A model generated the notes under the pieces. It was not told where the DNA came from. It was given only the letters and a program-made list of their open reading frames with translations, and made no database searches. Source: Lytechinus pictus (taxonomy: Eukaryota). Taken from it: DNA of 64,000 nucleotides. Shown here piece after piece: positions 21,731 through 34,200 of this stretch. The stretch spans positions 21,948,001-22,012,000 of the forward strand of contig NC_087247.1 in the NCBI RefSeq assembly GCF_037042905.1, written 5' to 3'. The position numbers were made by a program, and so were the translations under genes. Positions within the stretch are counted from its first letter, which is position 1; every line of letters begins with the position of its first letter.

Positions 21731-24243
21731 TGTTGCGCAATATTACACTATATTGCGCAATATTGTGAAACAATCCATTTCATCATGTAGGGTCCATTAG
21801 TTCTTTGCTGGGTATTGCGCAATACTATACCATATTGCGCAATATTGCGCAACACTCCATTTCACCATATAGGGTCCATTAATTCTTTGCTGGGTATTGC
21901 GCAATATTGCGAAACACTCCATTTCATCATGTAGGGTCCATTAGTTCTTTGCTGGGTATTGCGCAATACTATACCATATTGCACAACACTCCATTTCCAT
22001 TGGAGTGTTGCGCAATATTGCGCAATATGGTATAGTATTGCGCAATACCCATCAAAGAACTAATGGACCCTACATGATGAAATGGAGTGTTGCGCAATAT
22101 GCGATATTGCGATACACTCCATTTCATCATGTAGGGTCCATTAGTTCTTTGCTGGGTATTGCGCAATACTATACCATATTGCACAACACTCCATTTCCAT
22201 TGGAGTGTTGCGCAATATTGCGCAATATGGTATAGTATTGCGCAATACCCATCAAAGAACTAATGGACCCTACATGATGAAATGGAGTGTTGCGCAATAT
22301 GGTGTAGTATTGCGCAATATTACGCAATACCCAGCAAACCACTAATGGACCCTATATGATGAAATGGAGAGTTGCGCAATATGGTATAGTATTGCGCAAT
22401 ATTGCGCAACACTCCATTTCACCATATAGGGTCCATTAATTCTTTGCTGGGTATTGCGCAATACTATACCATATTGCGCAACTCTCCATTTCATCATATA
22501 GGGTCCATTAGTGGTTTGCTGGGTATTGCGTAATATTGCGCAATACTACACCATATTGCGCAACACTCCATTTCATCATGTAGGGTCCATTAGTTCTTTG
22601 ATGGGTATTGCGCAATACTATTCCATATTGCGCAACTCTCCATTTCATCATATAGGGTCCATTTAGTGGTTTGCTGGGTATTGCGTAATATTGCGCAATA
22701 CTACACCATATTGCGCAACACTCCATTTCATCATGTAGGGTCCATTAGTTCTTTGATGGGTATTGCGCAATACTATACCATATTGTGCAATATTGCGCAA
22801 CTCTCCATTTCATCATATAGGGTCCATTAGTGGTTTGCTGGGTATTGCGTAATATCGCGCAATACTACACTATATTGCGCAATATTACGAAACACTCCAT
22901 TTCATCATGTAGGGTCCATTAGTTCTTTGATGGGTATTGCGCAATACTATATCATATTGCGCAATATTGCGCAACACTCCACTTCACCATATAGGGTCCA
23001 TTAATTCTTTGCTGTGTATTGCGCAATACTATACCATATTGCGCAACTCTCCATTTCATCATATAGGGTCCATTAGTGGTTTGCTGGGTATTGCGTAATA
23101 TTGCGCAATACTACACCATATTGCGCAACACTCCATTTCATCATGTAGGGTCCATTAGTTCTTTGATGGGTATTGCGCAATATATACCATATTGCGCAAT
23201 ATTGCGCAACACTCCATTTCACCATATAGGGTCCATTAATTCTTTGCTGGGTATTGCGCAATACTATACCATATTGCGCAACACTATACCATATTGCGCA
23301 ACTCTCCATTTCATCATATATAGGGTCCATTTAGTGGTTTGCTGGGTATTGCGTAATATTGCGCAATACTACACCATATTGCGCAACACTCCATTTCATC
23401 ATGTAGGGTCCATTAGTTCTTTGATGGGTATTGCGCAATACTATACCATATTGTGCAATATTGCGCAACTCTCCATTTCATCATATAGGGTCCATTAGTG
23501 GTTTGCTGGGTATTGCGTAATATCGCGCAATACTACACTATATTGCGCAATATTACGAAACACTCCATTTCATCATGTAGGGTCCATTAGTTCTTTGATG
23601 GGTATTGCGCAATACTATATCATATTGCGCAATATTGCGCAACACTCCACTTCACCATATAGGGTCCATTAATTCTTTGCTGTGTATTGCGCAATACTAT
23701 ACCATATTGCGCAACTCTCCATTTCATCATATAGGGTCCATTAGTGGTTTGCTGGGTATTGCGTAATATTGCGCAATACTACACCATATTGCGCAACACT
23801 CCATTTCATCATGTAGGGTCCATTAGTTCTTTGATGGGTATTGCGCAATACTATACCATATTGCGCAATATTGCGCAACACTCCATTTCACCATATAGGG
23901 TCCATTAATTCTTTGCTGGGTATTGCGCAATACTATACCATATTGCGCAACACTATACCATATTGCGCAACTCTCCATTTCATCATATAGGGTACATTAG
24001 TGGTTTGCTGGGTATTGCGCAATACTACACTATATTGCGCAATATTGCGAAACACTCCATTTCATCATGTAGGGTCCATTAGTTCTTTGATGGGTATTGC
24101 GCAATACTATACCATATTGCGCAACACTCCACTTCACCATATAGGGTCCATTAGTGGTTTGCTGGGTATTGCGTAATATTGCGCAATACTACACTATATT
24201 GCGCAATATTGCGCAACACTCCATTTTATCATGTAGGGTCCAT
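21731..24243. repeat. Satellite of ~70-90-bp units built on (ATATTGCGCA)n, with internal inversions and a 668-bp higher-order duplication
   Basis: Unit ACTCCATTTCATCATGTAGGGTCCATTAGTTCTTTGATGGGTATTGCGCAATACTATACCATATTGCGCA, roughly 30 copies. Inverted units lie at ~22001-22100 and ~22201-22400. Confidence 0.95.
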
Positions 24244-24249
24244 CGGTTG

Positions 24250-24602
24250 TTACCCCAAATTAAATGCAACAACCCAATTCATAGAAATAACCAATAAGAG
24301 AGAAAGAACTAGGGATGAGGTACACCCCTAAATTAAATGTAACAACCCAATTCAGAGAATAACCGAAAAAAAGAACTTGGGATGAGGGATACCCCCAAAT
24401 TAAATGTAACAACCCAATTCAGAGAACAATCAATAAGAAAGAAAGAACTATGGATGAGAAACACCCCAAAATTAAATGTAACAACCCAATTCATTGAAAT
24501 AACCAAAAAGAAAGAAAGAACTTGGGATGTGTAACACCCCCAAAATTAAATGCAACAACCCACTTCAGAGAATAATCAATAAGAAAGAAAGAACTAGGGA
24601 GG
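24250..24602. repeat. Diverged minisatellite, ~70-bp unit, ~5 copies
   Basis: CCCCAAATTAAATG(C/T)AACAACCCAATTCAGAGAATAA...AAGAACT.GGGATGAG repeated in tandem. Confidence 0.85.
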
Positions 24603-25342
24603 AGAGGTAAATGACCTGGATGGTTAAGTATAATGAAGAATCCGGGTGAAGAATGCACAACAAAAGACAAGATCATTTTTTAGGGGTGGGCAGGATTGTC
24701 TATTCAATTTGAACATAATCTAAAGGTAAACAATAAATAACATGCAACCTAACTAAAATGGAATAACCCAATTCATAAACTAACCAATGAGAAAGAAAGA
24801 ATAAGGGATGAGGATAGGTAAATGACCTGGATGGTTGAGCAATGTTTAACAAAGGAACCAGATGTGAGGATGGAATAAATGAGCACATCTGAATAGGAAA
24901 GGAATGAAGATGACTACAATAGTAGAACAATGACTGATGTGATGAGAAGAACAGAAGTATCTAATGAAACTGAAATGAAGAACATCCCAAACTGAAGTGA
25001 AAAGAATACCTAACAAAACCAAATAGAGAAGTTCAACAAAGGAAAACCTAACGGAACAAATGGCCATCCTATAATACTAAATGCTTCACCGGTTATATTC
25101 AGTAGTGTGCAATACAGAATCAGGATATCGTTCAATGAATTGGCCTTCTAGGGAGTTGGGCTAGTACACAATGTCTCAGGTTTTACTGGGATATTCCATT
25201 GGATCATGTAGGGTCCATTGGTTGACCAATAACATATATTTCTATAGGTTAATATTGCACAATAACTCGTGCCGTGGGATCTGAATTATTCTTACATGTG
25301 ACTTTTATCACGCTGAAGAGTGGGTTTGCTCTGAATAAATTA

Positions 25343-25637
25343 CATCATCATCATCACCACCATCGCTACTACTACCATCACCATCATCCTCATCACCACA
25401 CCACCATCGCTACCACAACCATTATCATCACACCACCATCGCTACCACAACCATCATAATCACTATCATCATTATCACCATCATCATCCTCATCACAACA
25501 CCACCATCGCTACCACAACCATCATAATCACTATCATCATCATCACCATCATCATCACCATCATTACCACCATCACCATCATCATCATAATCATCATCAT
25601 CATCATAATCATCATCATCACAATAATCATTATCACT
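25343..25637. repeat. (CAT/CAC)n microsatellite
   Basis: Directly visible trinucleotide repeat. Confidence 0.95.
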
Positions 25638-28197
25638 TAGTCTCATGTAGATACATACTATTGAACATCTGCCTAAATATACTCACACACAAATGAATTA
25701 GAAGAAGTTACGTTTTTGTAAAAAAAATTGTTATTTATACATCACAAATTTCAATTAACACGGACTCTGACAGCCATCAAAATTAAATTACTTAAAATAT
25801 TCAATCCTTTTTTTATATGTCAAAAAAAGGTTTCCCTACATTTGAAATTATAAATTTTCAATATTCTCTCATAATAGGTTGAGGGGGTAGGATTATGCAC
25901 CCCCCCCCCCAGGTATCAGGGTAAGTAATATGAAATTTCATAATTATGCACAAACTGTGCATTCTCTAAATTTAAATAATCACAGAATATGGGATTGATC
26001 ATGTGCATTATACAATTATTCTATGATTTGTATTGAATCATAAGTTTATGGGGCACCAATTGTACTTGAGAATGCGTGACTTTTGATTTGTTTATATTGC
26101 ACATCAAAATATCTTTTCTAAGAATCTCTATATTATTCTAACATAGGCTGGGACAACATGAACATGAACATGAACATTTGTACTGTCTATTGTACAACAT
26201 TAAGAATAAATCATGATTAATGGTGTTAATAAACTTGGACATATTACATAAGGAGCATCATGTCTGATTATTTTCAGAGAAATTCATTATTTCAATGAAA
26301 TAGACCATTAAATTGTGCACACTTGATTTCAAGAGTGTACATGTATTTTCCCTTAATATGAAGTACATATTTGTATTAATGACAAATCTCTTGCATATTC
26401 AGAACACGGAAAATACTTGTTTAGGGTGCTTTTTGAAACCCCATGGTCACGCGTGGTATCCATTCGTCAATGGAAGAGCTCCATTAGATAAAAGTAGCAA
26501 TCAATTGCAATGGCTGTTAAATCAAGATCATTGATACACATGCATTTTGTTCAAACAGTGACCAATCAGAATTATATCAAATTTGCAAGTGATCCCAAAT
26601 CTTTGTCATACAAAAAAATAGAAGTGATTTTTTTTGTTACATTACTTAGAGTTAATCTTAAAATTGATTGTACAGGTAGTTTGCATGTTACGGGAACTGC
26701 TCCCTACAATTCTAGTTTGTTCTGAAAAGTAACTACCTTGCGCTTGTTATACCAGTCAACAAGCTTTTGGTAATTTTCCTTTAGTAGGTGTTTCAAACTG
26801 CACTTCATTTCAGGTATAAAGAAATCATAGATAACTCATGTGCATGAAACAAACAAGTGGCCTAGGTAGATTATTGGAAACACATTTGTAAGAAATTCTT
26901 GTGTTTTTGACAGTTTGTGTGACTTCAGGGAAAATAATTCAAACCAGCAATCATAATGACTTCAGAATACTATATCAAAGATTAAGTTAAGTGACCTACC
27001 ATTCTCAAAACAATAATAACTTGCCATGAAAAGAAGCAAAAATTGTAAGGGGTGCACCTTCGGTAGTCTTGCTACATTATGTGATTCAGCATGGGCGTAG
27101 CGATGACTTTGAAACAACTAAGATGAATGATTTTTCGCCAAAAAAAACAACATTCATTTTTTTATAAAACACTGACCTCATATGACCTTTAACCTTCACC
27201 AGGTGATCTGAAACTTCATTCATCTATTCGCCAATACAAAAATAGGTAAGTCTTATGAGACTTTGAATAACTTCAAAACATGTAACCAGACAATCACATT
27301 GTGGGTGATGTGCGTGCAGCTTTTCATCATGATCAGGAGACACAACATGAATATAATGTACATATAATACGTGTCATGCAACCCTCTTCCAACTGATTTC
27401 CATCTGACACTTTAACCTAGCTGCCATCCAGCTGGTGCTCTTCTAGATGTGTTTGCTCGCTGTTGCTCTTAAGGCGGGGCATCTTCCATTTGGCTGAGGG
27501 ACTACTAAATCCTGTCTTGCCCTTCTTGATGGAGTTTGGTCCCATTGAGGAGGGCGTTCCCCTGAGTTTGAAATAGAATAAGATTAACACTTCAAGTTAG
27601 TTCATCTATTACAAAATAGCAGATTACATAGTATTCATTTTACACTTTAACATGAAATAATAATTTGGAACCTACAATATAGGAAGGTCCCTATTACATG
27701 AAAACAAAAAACTCTAGACAGTTAGAGCAAGAGATATAATGCTATGGTCGCAAATATCTTGACGAAACAGTACAAATGATTTTTATACATGGAAATAAAT
27801 GGTATGAAATCATTCATAATGTTCGTAAAGGTATTTGTGAGCGTAGCAAAAACTCTCACACACACATTCAAAGCTCAAATTCAAAAAAGAAATTAACAAG
27901 AAAGGTAGAAAAACAAGTGATATAAAAAGTTCTAAAAGAATCACGTATTAAGCCATGGATGCCATCTTTACAAAGATAAATAATTTATACATTACTTAAA
28001 TCTCATAATTGTAGTACTAGATCTTATATTGCACTTCTTATTATTGAATATGAATAACTTGTCTGCCGACACTACTCCAGATTGAAAACTAGCACATCAA
28101 TGATGTGGAGCTCATCCAGCATCTCGCAACAAAATATAACACAATCTTTAATTTCAGCCCAGTTGACACTGTAGTGAATTATATTGGTGACATAAAT

Positions 28198-29600
28198 TAA
28201 GGAAACAAAAGTATATGAGGCCCTCAGATGGAACAAAAAAAATCAAAATCAGTCAACAAATAAATAAGAAGCATTTTTTATTAGTTTTGAAAAATATGCA
28301 TAAATTAGCATATTTAATGAGTTTCCAAATTTTGTGTAGAAATTTAGTATCCCCACCTGGAGCTATCATATAAAGCAAACAAAATTGAAATTGACCAACA
28401 AATGAAGGAGATTTTTTTTTTTCTATTCATGAATAAATTTTGCAAAAATTAGCAATTTTCTAGTCAAAATTTCAAAATTCTGAGTGGAAATTTGGTGACC
28501 CTCAGGTAGCTCTACCAGATGGATGAAAAAAAAATTAAAATTGGTCAACAAACAGAGGAAGCGTTTTTTATCATTATGAATAAATTTCGCATTAATTAGC
28601 ATAAAAAATTTTCTAGTCAAAATTTCAAAATTCTGTGTACAAGTTTGGTGAACTTCATGCAACTATACCAGATGGAAGAAAAAAAACTCAAAATCAGTCA
28701 ACAAATAAAGAAGAAAAAGCATTTTATTTGAATTTTTATGCATTAATTAATTTCACATAAATTAGAATAAAAAAAATTCTCGTCAAAATTCTAAAATTCT
28801 GTGAAGAATTTTGGTGAACCTCATGAAGCTCTACCAGATGGAAGCAAAAAAATAAAAATCGGTCAACAAATAAAAAAGCAGTTTTTGTGAATTTTGAAAA
28901 ATGTGCATAAATTAGCATATTTAATGAGTTACAAAATTCTTTTTAGAAGTGTTGAATGCCCACCTAGTTCTGTCATATAAAGCAAACAGAATTGAAATCT
29001 AACTTGAAATGACGAAAAAGATTTTGAAATTCGATCAACAAATAAGAAGAGGCATTTTCTGTGATTTATGACTAAATTTTGCATAAAATAGCATAATTTT
29101 CTACTCGAAATTTCAAACTCTGTGTAGAAGTTTGGTGAACCTCATGAAGCTCTACCAGATGGAAGGAAAAATCAAAATCGGTCAACAAATAAAGAAGCAT
29201 TTTATGAGAATTTTTAAGAATATGCATTAATTAATTTTGCAAATATTAGCATAACATTGTTTCTAGTCATAATTTCAAATTTTTTTGTAAAAGTTAAGTG
29301 AACCTCATGAAGCTCTACCAGATGTAAGCAAAAAAATAAAAAGTGGTCAACAAAACAAAGAAGCCTTTTTTTTTTTTTTTTTAAATGCACATAAATTAGC
29401 ATATTTAATGAGTTTCAAAATTCTGTGTAGAAGTTTTGAATCCCCCACCTAGTGCTATCATATTTTTATAAAGCAAACAGAATTGAAATCGGACTTGATA
29501 TGACAAAGAAGAAGCATTTTGCAATTGTGGACGACGACAGACGACGGACGCCACGCCAAGGCATAATCTCATCTGGCCCTTAGGGCCTGATGAGCTAAAA
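28198..29600 (-). mobile_element. HINE/DINE-1/Pearl-like non-autonomous Helentron-type element with ~155-165-bp central tandem repeats
   Basis: The minus strand begins TTTTTAGCTCATCAGGCCCTAAGGGCCAGATGAG (hairpin), then a GTCC/GTC microsatellite, then 8-9 diverged tandem core repeats (GGTGAACCTCATGAAGCTCTACCAGATGG on +). This is the known architecture of such elements. Confidence 0.75.
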
Positions 29601-31242
29601 AGGGACCTCTAGAGTTATTTACATTAGATTATTCAAATCATTCACTGCACAAAAGTCAAGATAACAAACCTGTAAAGAGCTTTACATCTCCTAAAAACTC
29701 TGAAACCCATTGATTTTTCAATTAAAAGTCTGTAAAACCCCCACTTGGGAGAAAAGAATTGGCCCTCGGAGCTTGGGACAAATTAATGCAATGTAAATAT
29801 TTTGCACCTATGTGTGAACTCGGGAAGGAGAAGGGGAGGGGAGAGGAGAAGAGGAAGAAAAGCATGATATTCGAAACTGGCTAGAATGTTGGGAATTTTT
29901 TGGGGATCATATATATAGACTGACAGGAGAATGATGAAAGTATTTCTCATTCATATTTTCTTATATAATTTGTTTACATCAGCTTGCTTTTGGTGTAGAC
30001 TTGGGCTAAGGTAAGTAAGATTTTAAAGTCCAAAAAAATCATTCATTGTTTCTCAGAGGGTATAGTCAGATAGAGCGCATTATGTGATAGGGCTTATAAA
30101 AGTGATAATAAATGTCAGGATACAAAGAGATACAAAGAGATAAACAAAGTTTTGACATCAACTTACATCACTTTCAGCTGTAAAGGCTTTAGCTGCTGTT
30201 CCACCAAGTTTCAAGATCTTTTCTCCTTCTTCTAAGGCTCCTTTAGTTTCTAGGCACAAAGAAGAAAGGATCACAATAGATAGATGGCAATAACGACGAT
30301 CAATTTTCGCACTAGTTTACACCCAGCCTACACTAGTATCCACCCACTGATAGATGACCCTATTTGCACTTTCTAAATAGAGATAACTGGCTTTCCTTAC
30401 ATTATTTGTTACATATGCATTCAAAATATTGTATACTTTATCGACATTGTGATTATTTGGGGAAATGTGACTGATTTTAAGGAGAAATAAACAAACCATT
30501 TACCCCCCCCCCCCTAAAAAAAGGAAGATTGATGATGATTATCCCAAACCAAACAATTTCTCTTCTTATGAGGCTTTATTATATTTTGCTGTGTCATAAG
30601 AAGCCCCGGCTATTTTTTTCTTCTTGTTGTTTCAATTTAAATTCTGTTTACATTTCATAGAAGCTTCAGTTTTCTATTATAAGTTCTTGTCACTTTTTAG
30701 AAGTACTTTTGTTGAAATAAATGTTGCATTTCATCACATTTCTTTCTCTGTATTTGATTTTGTTTATGTTTATTATAATGTATACTTGGTATTCATTCAA
30801 CTTCCAACAATGTTTTGTTTAGCCTTAGGCCTACTTTGTTTTTGCTCTTTACACATTTCTTTATTTTCTTTAATTTCATTCTTCTTTATAATTTTCCTTT
30901 CCATGCCATTGTTACACCTCTTTCTCTAATTCCATAAATTCTTCATATGGAATAATATGTTTTTCATCCTCATGCTCCTAAAATAATTTTCACGTTCACA
31001 TTACTCTCCATTCTCAATCAACAACCATCATAAACTATAGGATTCAAACAGTATGCAATATAGAAGCAGTGAGATTCAAGGCATTTTCTGATACTGTATT
31101 CTCATTTCAATTAAGTATATTTTTATTTGTTTCCTTTTTATAAATCTTCTTTTCAAGAAACTTATTTGTATTATATTTTGTGCAAAATTTAATATTCAAA
31201 CAATTCAACATATCGAATGAGACAGAAAAAAATTAAACCTTA

Positions 31243-34200
31243 TAGTCTAGGAGATAGGGGGCTTTATTCAGAATTTTTGGTGGGGAAGGTTTGACAAGCT
31301 TATCCGGGGTAAAACTGATTCCAAAAATGTCACTCTTATTGACCGTACTCACGCCATTTTGGTCATTTTGGCCAAATTTTGACCAAAATTGACCATTTTG
31401 ACCACTCTTTGGAAAATGGTCCCTTAACAGACTGCTTTTGTAGCCACATGCAATTAAAAGGGTCTATCTTAAGTAAAAATGCACACAAATTTCAGATAAA
31501 GTGCTTTCATTTGCCAAATCACAATAGCAGTGGTCATTTTGGCCATAATTTGGACAAAAATGACAATTTTCATGATTTTTTGGCCGAAATGTGTTACAAA
31601 TATTGATCAGAGCTACGACTGGATGTTTTTAAGAAATCCACATTTATTTTCAAAATGTGCGCTGGATCATAACCATCAACCTCATGTAATTTATCCATCA
31701 GTTTTGACCTATGAGGGTCATTTTGGGTACTTTAGACATAACTGACCATTCGCGCAGTTTTGCATTATTAACTGCTCAAATAGGCAGGAAATTGAGGTCT
31801 TTAGCATGTTTTATTTCTTCCCTTATAAAATGAGAATGCATTTAAATGTCCTACTTGTGTAGAATTTTATGCTGATTCCTAATATATCAGTCTTAATGAC
31901 CCTATTTAACAGTTTAAGGTCATTTTGGCCACTTATGGCCCTTAAAATGACCAATGGCATCAGTTCAATTTATCCAAAAAAACTTTGAATGTTACCAGAA
32001 TCGTTACAAGGGCATACTGTGACACCTAACATTGGTGTATTAATCCTTTAAATTTAACATCTCAAACGTATTTTGACCTCATGCAATTTATTCCATCAGT
32101 TTTGACCTATGAGGGTCTTTGGCGTACTTTAGACACAACTGACCATTCGCGCAGTTTTGCATATAATAAACTGCACATAGACAGGAATTTGAGGTCTTCA
32201 GCGTGTTTTATCTTCTTCCCATATAAAATGGAAATGCATTCAAAGGTTCATCTTATGTAAAATGTGATGCTGATTCCAAATATATCAGTCTTAATGACCC
32301 TATTTAACATCTTAAGGTTATTTTGGCCACTTATGGCCCTTAAAATGACCAAATGGCATCAGTTCAATTTATCCAAAAAAACTTTGAATGTTACCAGAAT
32401 CGTTACAAGGGCATACTGTGACACCTAACATATTGGTGTATTAATCCTTGAAATTTAACATCTCAAACGTATTTTGACCTCATGCAATTTATTCCATCAG
32501 TTTTGACCTATGAGGGTCATTTGGCGTACTTTAGACACAACTGACCATTCACGCAGTTTTGCATAATAAACTGCACATAGGTCTTCAGCATGTTTTATCT
32601 TCTTCCATATAAAATTGAAATGCATTCAAAAGTCCATCTTGTGTAAGTTTGATGCTGATTCCAAATATATCAGTCCTTATGACCCTATTCAACAGCTTAA
32701 GGTCATTTTGGCCAATTATGGTCCTTAAAATGGCCAATAACATCAGTTCAATTTATCCAGAAATACTTCGAATGTTACCAGAATCTTAACAAGGGTGTGC
32801 TGTAATACCCAACACTGGTGAATGAATCCTTAAAATTGAGCACCCCCAAAGTTGACTACCTTGGTCATTTTGGCCACCTTGACCCCCCCCCCCCCCCCCC
32901 CCCCCCCGGCCAGCCCTGCTAATTGTGTATGTTAATTCAGGTTATATCGAACATGGTGAGGAGAAATTTTGGATTGCGTTAATATTAGCATCAATTATTG
33001 TTAAATGGGGAAGTTTGAAAGCTTCTTGGTGGAAATCAATGAAATTATTCCACACAGACCAGTGTTATTGGTATAACTATTGGACCCTCTGGTCATTTTG
33101 ACCACGTTTCTCTCAATATTGACCAGTGACCATGGACCCTAGGAATCTCCAATTAGTGGAGGGATCAGCTAAGAGAGAGACCACACATGCTTTGATGAGT
33201 CAAAAAGGGCTCAAATGCTGGTCAGTATCATTATCAGCATGAGCTACCAATAATCGGTGAAGAGTGTTGATAATTGTGATAAAATCCTTTACATCGAGCA
33301 TACATAAGGTTGTTTGACCATGCACCGTGGTCATTTACATGATTTTAGCCACCTTGACCACACAGTAAATATTTATGTAAACTTCACATATATGGGGCAG
33401 CAAATTCAGGAATGAGACATTTTAGCATCATTTACATGTTATGTTAAGACACTTTTCTAGATTAATGTAGATTAATGATTCCAAATATATTAGTCTCAAT
33501 GACCATTTATGAGCTAGTGGTCATTTTGGTCGCTTTTGGTCCCGAAAATGACCAATCACATTTGCATGTATCAAAGAGGATTCAAATGTTGTTGTCGCTC
33601 CGTATTGTTAATAAGATGTATTATATCAATTATTGATTTCAATATGATATGACTAATAGCACATTATCAAAATTTTGAAACCAATTTGGCAATTTTGACT
33701 ATTTATTGCATGTATGACTTTTGTAAATAAACATGACAGGAGCAATTGTGGAAATGCGTTCAATCCCTTTCGATTGGAAATATCACAAGCTCACCTTGAG
33801 TAAAAAATTGTGCCAAATACCTCACCACTGTGTAATATGGCCCAAGTGGTCATTGAGTAGCCATAACATCATTCCCTCCTTTTTAATTTAAATATACAGA
33901 TAAATATATTCTAGAGGAAGGCACTAATCCTGAATTCAAAGGTGCGTCATTACAAAGCTATTGGTCAAAGTGAATTTCACGAATAGATTTGACCATGATG
34001 CATTTTTATTACCTTTGCCATTTTGTATAATGTTTCACAAACCTCACATTGGCATGATTGGTAAAGTTGAAAGTGGAAAATTTGCCCTAAATTGTTAAAG
34101 AGTGACCAAATTCGGCACAGATAATAATTTCATATAGAGAATGTGTTTTATTACCCAGTACGTCTTCAAAAGAAGGGTAAATTTGCTGCTCACCAATCAT

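Noticed and set aside
21969-23498. Repetitive ORFs (LRNIAQY.../GPYMMKW...)
   Set aside because: Translations of the satellite on both strands.
20947-24602. Regular repeats resembling a CRISPR array
   Set aside because: Units are contiguous with no unique spacers, no cas genes are present, and the context is eukaryotic; these are satellites.
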